From a virus (Duplodnaviria; Caudoviricetes), in IMG/VR virus record IMGVR_UViG_3300035660_000038, positions 1-37,773 of that record: a stretch of DNA of 37,773 nt, one strand, 5' to 3'. The position numbers and the translations under genes were made by a program. The notes beneath the pieces were generated by a model. It was given only the letters and a program-made list of their open reading frames with translations. It did not search any database and was not told where the DNA came from. Positions within the stretch are counted from its first letter, which is position 1, and each line of letters opens with the position of its first letter. Positions 25,786 to 35,790 of the stretch are shown piece after piece.

Positions 25786-27579
25786 ATGCCCCAACCCTTC
25801 CTGAGAACAAAGATATATCCCATTTTTGCACCAAGCAAAGGCTTATCCTATAATGTTCCTGCTCCATTTTTAGACCCAAGAGCAAGTCCAGATTGTAAAA
25901 ATGTTAGATTCTATGACCAAATCGTAGAGAAGCGTACAGGTTATCCTTCTACTGACTATGCTACTGGAACTATTACTGGTATTCCATTAAAGTTATATAC
26001 TTATGTAACTATTTCTGGAGTGGAATATGAAATATTATCCACTACTACTAACATATATTATAACAATGCAGGTGCATGGACTTCTATTGCGGCTACTCTT
26101 AGTGCTGAATTTCTGGATGCCGATAACTGGACTTCCACTGGCTGGACTGGAACTTGGGCAACAGGTTGGACACATACGGCTGGGAATACTACTGCTTTAT
26201 CGCACAACCACGCCGCAGTAAATGCAACTGATTACCATATTATTTATATCGTTTCAGGATGGACGGCAGGAACTTTTACTGTTGCTTTGGGTGGTAAATC
26301 CTCCGCAGGACTTTATAAAAGTGGAGTATTCGATTTAACTACTTCTTCCACAGCGGTTTTAACTATTACTCCAACTTCCACTTTTGACGGCAAAATTGTG
26401 ATTACCATTTCTACAGGTTTGGATATAGATAATAGAATATCTTTGAATACAATGTTTATTAATAGTAAGTTTTATTTAGTAATAGGTAGTAGGAATTATG
26501 CAGGTCAAAAATGGGATGGAACGACTTATAATGCCATAACGTCAACGGCGGTATATAAACCAAAGATATTATTACCTTACCAATTTAGATTATTAATGTT
26601 TAATATAGACGAAGACGGAACTGATTTTCCAATCAAATTTAGGTATAGTATTGCTAATCCTACTGATGCAACAACTGACTGGACTGCTACTGGTTCGGGT
26701 AGTCGTAATATGATACAGGGGAAAGGTTCTCAGATAATGAATGCCTTGGAAATAAAAGATTATGTAGGGGTGTATAAAGATAAATCTATCAGTATTCTTG
26801 ATTATGTGGGTGGTTCAAGTATATTTTCTACGGCAGTCCATATAGATGGGGTAGGACTTTTGGCACAAGATGCTATTATTAATCTTGGTACAAGCCATTT
26901 GTTCTTGGGGAGTGATTATAATATTTATGAATGGAACGGCGGTTGGGAATTAATCCCTATAGGTGACCCTGTAAAGAAATATATCAAAGATAATATCTAC
27001 AAAACTAATAAATTAAGATGTTTCGCTATTCCTAACTTCGAGAGGACAGAGGCACATTTCTTTATTCCCATCGGAACTGATACTTATCCTACCAGATTTT
27101 TGACTTACAACTGGACAGAGAAAAGTTGGTCGCTTAATACTGTTGCTTCCTGTTCTGGTGGCGGGAATATATATAATACTGGTGTGGAAAAATCTATAAT
27201 TGCTCTATCTGCTGGCACAGTGCATAACTATGATTACAGTTCTTTAAATGATGGTTCTACTGCGATTAGTAGTTATTTCACTACGCCAGATGTTACCATA
27301 AACAAAGAAGAATATAAAATAGAACAGAAGAATTATAGCAATGTCTATGTGGATGCCAAAGGGAATAATTTATCTATGTATTACTCGGTCAATGAAGGTT
27401 CAACTTGGTCAACGGTAGATACTGATGCACTTGATTCAACTACCGTGTATAACCTTCACGCCTTTAATTATAGTAAGACAGCAAGGAATATAAGATACAA
27501 ATTTGAGAATAACACGGCAAGTGAAAGTTATTCGGTAAGATTTGTAGGGATAGAGCATAAAGATAGGGAGAGAAAATAA
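25786..27579 (+). CDS. Tail nozzle / DNA stabilisation protein (P22 gp10 / tubular B-like)
   Basis: GL......ASPDCKNVRF....EKRTG N-terminal motif, beta-propeller-like pattern; start revised to ATG 25786 (SD AAGGAG). Confidence 0.8.
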   Translation: MPQPFLRTKIYPIFAPSKGLSYNVPAPFLDPRASPDCKNVRFYDQIVEKRTGYPSTDYATGTITGIPLKLYTYVTISGVEYEILSTTTNIYYNNAGAWTSIAATLSAEFLDADNWTSTGWTGTWATGWTHTAGNTTALSHNHAAVNATDYHIIYIVSGWTAGTFTVALGGKSSAGLYKSGVFDLTTSSTAVLTITPTSTFDGKIVITISTGLDIDNRISLNTMFINSKFYLVIGSRNYAGQKWDGTTYNAITSTAVYKPKILLPYQFRLLMFNIDEDGTDFPIKFRYSIANPTDATTDWTATGSGSRNMIQGKGSQIMNALEIKDYVGVYKDKSISILDYVGGSSIFSTAVHIDGVGLLAQDAIINLGTSHLFLGSDYNIYEWNGGWELIPIGDPVKKYIKDNIYKTNKLRCFAIPNFERTEAHFFIPIGTDTYPTRFLTYNWTEKSWSLNTVASCSGGGNIYNTGVEKSIIALSAGTVHNYDYSSLNDGSTAISSYFTTPDVTINKEEYKIEQKNYSNVYVDAKGNNLSMYYSVNEGSTWSTVDTDALDSTTVYNLHAFNYSKTARNIRYKFENNTASESYSVRFVGIEHKDRERK

Positions 27580-29141
27580 TGGGATGGATTTCGCCTACTG
27601 GACATATTGATATTGATAACAAATGGAATAATGAAGAATTGGCTTATGATGATACTTTAGATACTAATGCTGTTTCAGATGCTTGGACAGGAAAGACATG
27701 GGGTAGTTTTATTGAGTTTACTCATGCATCTATGCCTTGTAGTGGAGTTCGTTTTTGTGCTCCTACTGGTGCAAGTAATCAAGTTGATATAGATGTTTAT
27801 TACAGTGATAGTTGGCACGATGTATACCAAGGAACTTTTGCACATGAATTGCCTACTTTTATCGAAAAGTCGTTAGAAAGTTCCCAAACTATTACTTCTT
27901 TTAGATTTCGATTTTACATAAATGTTCCTGGTAGTTGGTCAAAGGATTTTTATGAGGTCGAATTTTATGAAGAAGCAGTTACTGTAACTACAGAAGCAGC
28001 AACCGAAATATCTTATCAATGTGCAATGGGGAATGGAACTATTACATCAGGAACAAATGCAACTGAAAGAGGTTTTGAAGTCAAAGTAGCAGTAGATTTT
28101 TATGGGGTTGGACCCTATGTATGGTGGCATTTAATAGGGTTTATAGACATTGGTGATATAGTATGGGATATGGGGCAATGGACGGGAACTCTAACGAAAA
28201 CAGAAACTGAAACGGGAGATTTTGCTGAAGGTGCATATGAATTAGTATTGGGTTATCCAGATGTATTTGGTGAACCTGATTCTATTTTTGATGATGCCTT
28301 AGAAGAATGTGAAAGTTATACTTATAGAGCATATGCAATTATTGGTGGAGTAACTTATTATGGTGAATATGTAGCATTTGATACTTTATGTTATCCTGTT
28401 GGTGAATATCATCCGAAAGATGATATAAGTGATGGTAATCCTATAGAACCTATTATACAAATAGAAATACCACCAGAAGAAATAACACCAATAGAAATAC
28501 CACCATATGGATACCCACCATTTGAATGGATACCACCAGAAGAAATACCATATCCACCATGGGATTGGACCTTGCCGCCGTGGGAAATGCCAGATTATCC
28601 GTCATTATCTTTTGTGGGTGATTTCTATTATAAAAAACCTTATACCAAGAAAGACCTTGACGAATTGAGAGAAAAATGTATTATATATAATAAGAACAGT
28701 GTAGAACTTGCTCTGGTATTAAGGCACAATATGAATGTGTTAAAAGAATTCTTTAATATGATGACCGATTATCTGGGTAAAGAGGAATTTAATGATTTCA
28801 CAGACTTAATACCACCACAAAATTTGAAGCAATTATATTTAGACCCATTAGGAGTAAACGATTTTAAAGATATGATAAATGGATTTATAAGAAATTCAAT
28901 AGACAATAATATGGCAGTCAACAGAAATTTTAAGTTAATAGAAGAAGGTTTAGTTGATTATGAAACCGGAAGTGAGGATGCTTATTTTAAGGAAATCAAT
29001 ACATCAACCAAATCAATAAACGAGGATGATCCAGATGTGGAAAGATTAAAAAGAGTGATTGATAATCTTAATGAAGATACTTCGTCAAACTACGATAATA
29101 TAACTTATAATTTAGAAGTTATAAGAGCAAGGTTATTATAA
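27579..29141 (+). CDS. Mosaic virion protein: jelly-roll-like + Fn3-like + Pro-rich linker + three helical repeats
   Basis: VTVTTEAA..GNGTI..ERGF...YRAYA..TYYG (Fn3-like); PPEEI repeats; repeated N..[VL]I/L helices. Confidence 0.75.
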   Translation: MGWISPTGHIDIDNKWNNEELAYDDTLDTNAVSDAWTGKTWGSFIEFTHASMPCSGVRFCAPTGASNQVDIDVYYSDSWHDVYQGTFAHELPTFIEKSLESSQTITSFRFRFYINVPGSWSKDFYEVEFYEEAVTVTTEAATEISYQCAMGNGTITSGTNATERGFEVKVAVDFYGVGPYVWWHLIGFIDIGDIVWDMGQWTGTLTKTETETGDFAEGAYELVLGYPDVFGEPDSIFDDALEECESYTYRAYAIIGGVTYYGEYVAFDTLCYPVGEYHPKDDISDGNPIEPIIQIEIPPEEITPIEIPPYGYPPFEWIPPEEIPYPPWDWTLPPWEMPDYPSLSFVGDFYYKKPYTKKDLDELREKCIIYNKNSVELALVLRHNMNVLKEFFNMMTDYLGKEEFNDFTDLIPPQNLKQLYLDPLGVNDFKDMINGFIRNSIDNNMAVNRNFKLIEEGLVDYETGSEDAYFKEINTSTKSINEDDPDVERLKRVIDNLNEDTSSNYDNITYNLEVIRARLL

Positions 29142-29155
29142 AGAGGTGAATAAAA

Positions 29156-29842
29156 ATGCCTTATGGAGAATATCAATGGATAAATCCAAATTATAATCCA
29201 GTTACTGGAAAGACAAATAAAGATGAGAAATATAAAAAAATCATAGGGACAATGCCTTCTATAACAACGGAACAACAGACAGTCAATACTCCTTTGTCCA
29301 GTTATTTAGCAGAAGCAATAGCCAATATTGGTAAACAAAACCAACCAACCTTTGAAGATTGGTCGAAAACTAATGTTCCAGAGATGTTTGGAGGTGCATT
29401 GGGAGGAGAGACTCAAAGTGCTTATGCCGAAGCACTGACAGGAAAGTTCCCAGAGTCATATTATCAAGAAGCAATCTATAATCCGATGAAAACACAATTT
29501 ATTCAAGATATTATGCCAGCAATTAAGGAAAGTTATGTAGGTACAGGTGCTATAACAGGGACAGAAGTAGGAGAAAAATTGGCTCGAGAAGCAGGAAGAA
29601 TGGAAGAAAGTCTGATGGGAACAAGGGCAACATTAGCACAACAAGCGAAAGAAAGGTCATATGGAGCAGCAACTAAATATGTAGAGCAATGGCAAAATCA
29701 GTTAGGTATAGCATATCAAAACTATATTGCACAAAATCCAACTTCTTCTGATATATTGCAGATTGCCTTAAGTTACTTGAATATTCCTTTAATGGCGGTT
29801 TACCAAAAACCAACAGATAAATACGGTAAACCAATAAAATAA
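29156..29842 (+). CDS. Putative ejection (internal virion) protein 1
   Basis: A/G/Q-rich helical; position after nozzle, typical of podoviruses. Confidence 0.6.
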   Translation: MPYGEYQWINPNYNPVTGKTNKDEKYKKIIGTMPSITTEQQTVNTPLSSYLAEAIANIGKQNQPTFEDWSKTNVPEMFGGALGGETQSAYAEALTGKFPESYYQEAIYNPMKTQFIQDIMPAIKESYVGTGAITGTEVGEKLAREAGRMEESLMGTRATLAQQAKERSYGAATKYVEQWQNQLGIAYQNYIAQNPTSSDILQIALSYLNIPLMAVYQKPTDKYGKPIK

Positions 29843-29856
29843 AGAGGTGAAATGAA

Positions 29857-30981
29857 ATGCCATTACAACAAATAAATTTAGACCAAAGTATATATTCCAA
29901 AGCTATACAGAATAGAATGATGCCACAAGGTGCAATAAAAAAAGTACCCCACAGTGGATTCCCTATCGGTGGTGGTCTTCCATCAAGTCAACCACCACCA
30001 ACCAATAGTTTTGTGGAAGAACAAAAAGCCCAATGGGCAGAAGAAGACAAGGCAAAAAAAGCTGAACGGGATATGAAATTGCAACAGGCACAGGAAATGG
30101 GTATGCGTTGGGGACAACAAGTTCAGAATGAAGGTGCACAACAAGTTCAACAGCAACTTGCCATTAAACAGCAAGTAGAACAAAATCCAGAACCTGCCGC
30201 TAAAGAAATGTATGAATTGATGAAAACCTTGCCTGATGAGGCGAAAAGCCAATTATTACAGCAGTTATTTACTCCAACCAGTACTGGAAGTACTATAAAT
30301 GGTAAACCAATTTCGGGAGCAAAATATAATGCCATAGCTAAAGTATTTTTAGATAAAGGTTGGGCAATGTTTGACCCTAAAGGGAATGTTAATTTAAGTG
30401 AACCAAAAGAAGTTCCTGAAAAAGGAACATTTACCATGAATGCCAATGGTGATGTGCTCAATACTACCACCGGCAATATAATTTATAAAAAAGAAGATAT
30501 TCCTGCAGGAATTACTTCTGTTGATTTGTTAGATATTATGAAAGAAGCAAGGGCATATGTAACGGGTTTAGTTGACCCTTCATATATAGAAGCATTAACT
30601 CCCGAAGGTAGAGCAGAATTTTTTGCCAATGCAGACAAGAAATTTAAAGACCACGTTACTTGGTTATTACAAAAAACTTATAATCTAACTCTTGACCAAG
30701 CCACAGCAATGGCTAATAAATTACCCAAACAAGAAGAAATGATTCCTACTGTTGGTGGTGGAAAAACCAATGTAGATAATACTATAGTATCAGATTTAAA
30801 AAGATTATTTGCTGAAAATCCAGACCAAGTAAAAAATAGAAAAGCATATGAAGATAAATATGGTGTTGAAAATGTTGCTACTGCATTAGGAGAAACAAGT
30901 AAACCAAAGCCGACAACTGAAAGTATAACCAAAGAATTTAAAGGATACTCTAAAAACTTCCCTATTTCTAAACCTAAATAA
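29857..30981 (+). CDS. Putative ejection protein 2
   Basis: Q-rich helical; position. Confidence 0.6.
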   Translation: MPLQQINLDQSIYSKAIQNRMMPQGAIKKVPHSGFPIGGGLPSSQPPPTNSFVEEQKAQWAEEDKAKKAERDMKLQQAQEMGMRWGQQVQNEGAQQVQQQLAIKQQVEQNPEPAAKEMYELMKTLPDEAKSQLLQQLFTPTSTGSTINGKPISGAKYNAIAKVFLDKGWAMFDPKGNVNLSEPKEVPEKGTFTMNANGDVLNTTTGNIIYKKEDIPAGITSVDLLDIMKEARAYVTGLVDPSYIEALTPEGRAEFFANADKKFKDHVTWLLQKTYNLTLDQATAMANKLPKQEEMIPTVGGGKTNVDNTIVSDLKRLFAENPDQVKNRKAYEDKYGVENVATALGETSKPKPTTESITKEFKGYSKNFPISKPK

Positions 30982-30992
30982 GGATTAAATAA

Positions 30993-33900
30993 ATGGTTAT
31001 TAAAAATTATGGAAGTGTTGAACTTCTTGATGAAGAAAAAGATTATGGAAGTGTAAAACTTCTATCAAAAGAAATAACTGTTCCAACTCCTATTCAACCA
31101 AATTATGGTTCCGTTGAATTATTACCAAAACCACAAAATATTTTAGAAGCAAAGGGAATTACAAATCCTACTTCTTGGGGAGAATTAGGTGGTTTTGAAA
31201 CATCAGATAAATATGGTACGGTAAGTATATTAAGTGAAGTTCCCACAGGAAATGAACTTCCAAGTCAACAAGAAGTGCAGAAATATTTTGTAGAAAAATA
31301 TAAACCTTTAAAAACCATACCTAAAACACAGGGATATTTAACTAAAGAACAAATTGAGGATTGGGGTAAAATTCAAAGAGAACAACCACAGGCAACTACT
31401 TGGGAATATAAACCTTTTGATGTAAGTTATAAAAAATATCATAATGTTGTATCTAATCTTTTGTTCAACTACTTACAACATTGTGAATTTGCTGTAGCCA
31501 ATACCGTTGATGCACTAATAAGAGGAGATAAAAATATTGTTGTAGCCGCTCTTAATGGTCTTACGGGAAAAGAAAAAAGAGATTGGTATGATGTTGCCAC
31601 TGGATTGGGATTTGATAAATGGATGTCTTTAGCAATAGGTATGATAGCAGGTATCAAACTTGACCCTGTTAATTATATACCATGGGCAAGTTTATATAAA
31701 TCTTTATCTACAACCATAGGTAAAACTAAAGCTATGGAAGCAATTAAAGATACAAGTGTAGTTAACTTTTTACGTAAAGGTTTTACCTCTGGCGAAGGTG
31801 CTCCTCCTACCTTATCTAAACTGGTAAAAACTCTAAAAAGATATAAAAGATATGATGAAGGTCAACTTTACGAAGAGATAGAAGGATTATCCAAAGAATT
31901 AAAAACAATAGAAAATGCAGAACTGCTTACTCAAGTAAGGGCAGGGAAAATAGCCATAGAAGATTTATCTCCTGAGAATTTAGCTGTTTTAAAACATTTC
32001 GATGCAGAATATGCCAGAATAGGTAAAGAAGCAGTAGGTTTAGGTATCTTAAAAGAAGAAGATTTAATCGAAGGTTATCAACATAATTATTATGAAGATT
32101 TAACTCGAATTGGCAGTAACTTTAAAAATGGACACGCTGGTGCACCTGCCTTTGCTAAAATGAGAAATGCAGGGAATTTTGTAGATGCCAGTAATGCACG
32201 TCTTGACCTGATCAAAAATGTAACTAAATCCATAGATGATGAAGATATTGATGGAGCAAGAAAATTAATTGAAGAATTCCCAATGGCAAATGGAACAACT
32301 TTAGTTAAGGATGCTTCTACCTTTACTTCAAAACAAATATTGGATATGGCAAATAAAGTTCCTAAACCAAACTTGAATGCCTTGGAAGATTATGGTTATT
32401 ATAAATTAGAATATACCAATGCTTTATATAGACAAAAGTTTATCAATACAGTTTTAGACCCACAATTACCTTATGCTACACCAATAAGTAAAATGACCAG
32501 TAAAACGGTAAGACCTGGCAATGCCATATATGCAGTAAAATATCGTCTTCCTGATATTAATTTGAAGGAATCCGATGAAGCAGGGATAGCCCTTTGGAAA
32601 CAGATAGTAGCCAACGCAGATAATGATATATTTGAATTGCAACCCAAATTAACCCAAGAAATACTTGATTCTCCCTATATGCAAAAGTTATTCAAAGGAG
32701 TAGGACCAAGAATATTTGAAATGCCTAAAGAAATCGTTGATTATATGAATAAAAGTTCTCAATTATTCAGCACCCAACCAGAAACATTAGGTAAAATTTT
32801 ATCCTCTGCAACCAGGATACAGAATATGTGGAAGCCATTTGCCACTATAGCCAGACCTTTCTGGCACGTCAGGAATGTTACCTTTAACCAATTCCAATTA
32901 TATTTAAGCGGAGTAAGTCCTTTTGATTTGCTTCCACGAGCCATTGAAGCAGAAAAAGCAATGAAAGGTAAAGAAGGAGTTTTAGAAACTTTAAATTATG
33001 GGAATGTAGATTTAAAGAAACTTGGATTATTAGCAAAAAAGAATGGATTATTTGGGGTAGGATTTGCAGGTGGAGATATAGCATCACAAGCTGGAGCGGT
33101 AAAGAAAATAGAAGAAGCCGCAGCAAAAGGAATGGAAACTGGGATAAACTTGAAAGATATTTTGGGAGGAGTCAAACAATTAGGTTTAAAACCAGCAGAG
33201 TTCTTTGAAGATAATGCACATATGGTAGGATTTTTAGATTATATAGCCAAAGCAGATGACCCCGATTTAGATACTGCTGTTTTAAAAGCTACCGAACACG
33301 CCTTTAAATATCTTTTTGATTACGGAGATTTATCTGGTTTTGAAAAATCAACTATGAGACTGATAGACCCTTTTTATTCGTGGCACCGGAAAGCTATCGG
33401 ACTTTACGCTGAAGAATTATTTGAACAACCACAAAAGTTTGCTAATATTGGTAAACTTAGAAAAACATTAAGTAGGATTGAACCAGAAACAGAACAAGAA
33501 AAAGCCTTAAAACCAGAGTGGATGGAAGAACAAGGTTATATAAAAGTGCCATCTTTTATTAGTAAATTTATTAGTAAAAAACCAATTTATTTCTATCTTG
33601 CTATGCCACCTGATGATTTAGATTTATTAACCAGTGTAAAGAATATGGTAAATGTTTTAACTCCTTATAAAACCATAGCAGAATTAATCATCCATACCAA
33701 AAGTTTTCCAGAATTTGGGACTAAAATAGAAGGTTATGTGCCTGCCCCTGCCTGGATGACTCATTTACCTGAAAAGACTTGGAAGTTATTGAAGTTAAGA
33801 CCAGGTAGAACAACAGATTATTCCACTGGAAAGGTAACTAATGTATTACAAATACCAACCAGTTATTTATATGCCATAGAAACCGCCATACCTACTTTAC

Positions 33901-34193
33901 GAGATTTGCATAGTTATTTTCCTCAACCAATAGAATTAGCCAGAGATAAGGCAACAGTAAAAACTTGGTCGCAGGCTACGGGATTAGGTTTGGTTAATGA
34001 AAATTTAAACCAATGGAGAAATACCATTATGTTTGACCTGAAGGCAAAGCAAGATGAATTAAATAAAAAAGCTAAAATATTTGAAGGTATTAAATGGAAT
34101 GGACAGGTTTATAATTATATTAATGAAACAGCAGAAGGTCAACAATTACAAAGAGAGATAAAGGAATTAATTGATAAATTAAGAGTTAAATAA
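30993..34193 (+). CDS. Large ejection (internal virion) protein 3
   Basis: 1066 aa, helical; RPFWHVRN, YLFDYGDLS.FEK..MR...PFYSW motifs typical of large podoviral internal proteins. Confidence 0.75.
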   Translation: MVIKNYGSVELLDEEKDYGSVKLLSKEITVPTPIQPNYGSVELLPKPQNILEAKGITNPTSWGELGGFETSDKYGTVSILSEVPTGNELPSQQEVQKYFVEKYKPLKTIPKTQGYLTKEQIEDWGKIQREQPQATTWEYKPFDVSYKKYHNVVSNLLFNYLQHCEFAVANTVDALIRGDKNIVVAALNGLTGKEKRDWYDVATGLGFDKWMSLAIGMIAGIKLDPVNYIPWASLYKSLSTTIGKTKAMEAIKDTSVVNFLRKGFTSGEGAPPTLSKLVKTLKRYKRYDEGQLYEEIEGLSKELKTIENAELLTQVRAGKIAIEDLSPENLAVLKHFDAEYARIGKEAVGLGILKEEDLIEGYQHNYYEDLTRIGSNFKNGHAGAPAFAKMRNAGNFVDASNARLDLIKNVTKSIDDEDIDGARKLIEEFPMANGTTLVKDASTFTSKQILDMANKVPKPNLNALEDYGYYKLEYTNALYRQKFINTVLDPQLPYATPISKMTSKTVRPGNAIYAVKYRLPDINLKESDEAGIALWKQIVANADNDIFELQPKLTQEILDSPYMQKLFKGVGPRIFEMPKEIVDYMNKSSQLFSTQPETLGKILSSATRIQNMWKPFATIARPFWHVRNVTFNQFQLYLSGVSPFDLLPRAIEAEKAMKGKEGVLETLNYGNVDLKKLGLLAKKNGLFGVGFAGGDIASQAGAVKKIEEAAAKGMETGINLKDILGGVKQLGLKPAEFFEDNAHMVGFLDYIAKADDPDLDTAVLKATEHAFKYLFDYGDLSGFEKSTMRLIDPFYSWHRKAIGLYAEELFEQPQKFANIGKLRKTLSRIEPETEQEKALKPEWMEEQGYIKVPSFISKFISKKPIYFYLAMPPDDLDLLTSVKNMVNVLTPYKTIAELIIHTKSFPEFGTKIEGYVPAPAWMTHLPEKTWKLLKLRPGRTTDYSTGKVTNVLQIPTSYLYAIETAIPTLRDLHSYFPQPIELARDKATVKTWSQATGLGLVNENLNQWRNTIMFDLKAKQDELNKKAKIFEGIKWNGQVYNYINETAEGQQLQREIKELIDKLRVK

Positions 34194-34209
34194 AAGCAAG
34201 GTGCAGAAT

Positions 34210-35256
34210 ATGAGGTTTCTGTTTATATCCAGACGAGGGGCAAGTTTATCCTTGGCAAAGAGAATTGCCGAAGAAGGAAATGAAGTAAAGTTCTTTGTCA
34301 ATAATAAATATTATGACAAAGTGGGCAATGGTTTAATTGACAAAGTATCTCATAAAGCAATAGAAAATTATGATTTAGTTGTCTTTGACGAATATGGTAT
34401 GGGAGAATATTCTGATAAAGTAGCAGTCCATAGACCTGTCTTTGGAAGTTCAGGTTTTGCCGATGTCTTCAATAATAATAAAGATTACAGAAATAAGATA
34501 TTAAATAAAATAGGATTGGAAATAACCACCGATAAATTAGGTATTAAACTAAACATCGGTGGTTTATTCAACGGCTTCGATTTTGTAAGACCTCTACATT
34601 TTTATATCAAACGAACTAAATTTATGGAGAACGACCTTTCAATCGAAACTGACTGTATGGGTTGTGTCCTGTGGTTTACTTCTGCAAATAAGATAACCAG
34701 AGAAACTATTCTAAAGATGAGAAACATCTTGGTCAAATCTGGCTATAAGGGTGCAGTCAATTTTGAACTTGCTATTCATAATGACAAATTCTATATTCAG
34801 AATATCATTTTAGGATTTTGCTACGATTCCACTTATGCTATGCTGGAAGGAACGAGGCAACCATTAGGTGAGTTCATCAATAAAGTAGCTAGTGGCAGTT
34901 TGAAAAGAATGAAGGCTTCTCCTGACTGGTTGGTTTCAGTTCGAGTTACCATCCCACCTTATCCTTTTCCTGTCAACAAATCCTATATTTCCAAAGTAGA
35001 AGGAATCAATTCCGACAATGATAAGCATATCTGGCTTCGTGATATTATGCTAAATGAGAAAGGAGAATATTATTCCACTGGAGCTGACGGTTTCCTTTTA
35101 ACAATCACAGCCAGAGGACTTTCGATTTACCAAGCCTTCAAAAGAGCATACCGCACTATCGGTAATTTAAGAATAGAAAATCTGCAATACAGGCACGATA
35201 TAGGAGAGAAAATTGAAAAGGATATTAATTTATTAAAGGAATGGGGATGGATTTAA
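34210..35256 (+). CDS. Degenerate PurD/GARS-like ATP-grasp-fold protein
   Basis: GARS N-domain (FLFIS..LA.RI..EGNEV..DLVVFD..G), FNG..F..P, C-terminal RAY..I..L....LQYR.DIG; lid domain and catalytic acidic residues apparently missing. Confidence 0.8.
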   Translation: MRFLFISRRGASLSLAKRIAEEGNEVKFFVNNKYYDKVGNGLIDKVSHKAIENYDLVVFDEYGMGEYSDKVAVHRPVFGSSGFADVFNNNKDYRNKILNKIGLEITTDKLGIKLNIGGLFNGFDFVRPLHFYIKRTKFMENDLSIETDCMGCVLWFTSANKITRETILKMRNILVKSGYKGAVNFELAIHNDKFYIQNIILGFCYDSTYAMLEGTRQPLGEFINKVASGSLKRMKASPDWLVSVRVTIPPYPFPVNKSYISKVEGINSDNDKHIWLRDIMLNEKGEYYSTGADGFLLTITARGLSIYQAFKRAYRTIGNLRIENLQYRHDIGEKIEKDINLLKEWGWI

Positions 35257-35286
35257 TCAAGATTATATTTTTAATAATATCATTCT

Positions 35287-35403
35287 TTACCGATAATTTC
35301 TTGTCCATCTACCACAGTCCCAAATTGACCAAATCGCATATATTATTCCAATGGCTAATATTATTATCGCCACCCAACATATTACCTTTTCTATTATATC
35401 CAT
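35287..35403 (-). CDS. 38-aa single-TM peptide
   Basis: Read manually (MDIIEKVICWVAIIILAIGII...); SD AAGGTGGTGA. Confidence 0.55.
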   Translation of the reverse strand: MDIIEKVICWVAIIILAIGIIYAIWSIWDCGRWTRNYR

Positions 35404-35424
35404 TACAATCACCACCTTTCCCTT

Positions 35425-35586
35425 CTAATTAAATAATTTTTTCACATTAATTAATGTAGAATAAATATAACAAAATAAACAAATGCCATTTGATATTAAT
35501 AAAAATATATTTTTTTTAATTATAAAAAAAATAGTAAAAATAATAAAGATTATTATGAAAAATATATTAAAAACTAATAATATCAT
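35425..35586 (-). CDS. 53-aa hydrophobic peptide (2 TM)
   Basis: Read manually; ATGA-coupled to upstream ORF. Confidence 0.45.
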   Translation of the reverse strand: MILLVFNIFFIIIFIIFTIFFIIKKNIFLLISNGICLFCYIYSTLINVKKLFN

Positions 35587-35729
35587 TTCATTTTCCTTCT
35601 TATTTTTTTAACTTCTATAATTTCAATTTCATCATTATCATTTATTGTATAACTTATTAATATAGATTTACTTTTAGTATCAAGATATATTCCTTCTTTT
35701 GTTAATAGAATATCTTTATATTTTTTCAT
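35583..35729 (-). CDS. 48-aa hypothetical protein
   Basis: Read manually (MKKYKDILLTKEG...); SD AAGGA. Confidence 0.5.
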   Translation of the reverse strand: MKKYKDILLTKEGIYLDTKSKSILISYTINDNDEIEIIEVKKIRRKMK

Positions 35730-35790
35730 TTTATCCTTTTCTTGTTTAATTGATTTCATATTTGTTCCTCCTATACGTAAAAATTAGTTT

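Noticed and set aside
6989-33126. Numerous antisense and alternate-frame track ORFs overlapping the structural genes
   Set aside because: Shadow ORFs of long, well-supported + strand genes; no SD or recognisable motifs
34210-35256. Functional purD auxiliary metabolic gene
   Set aside because: ATP-grasp lid and catalytic residues appear missing; context is the virion operon
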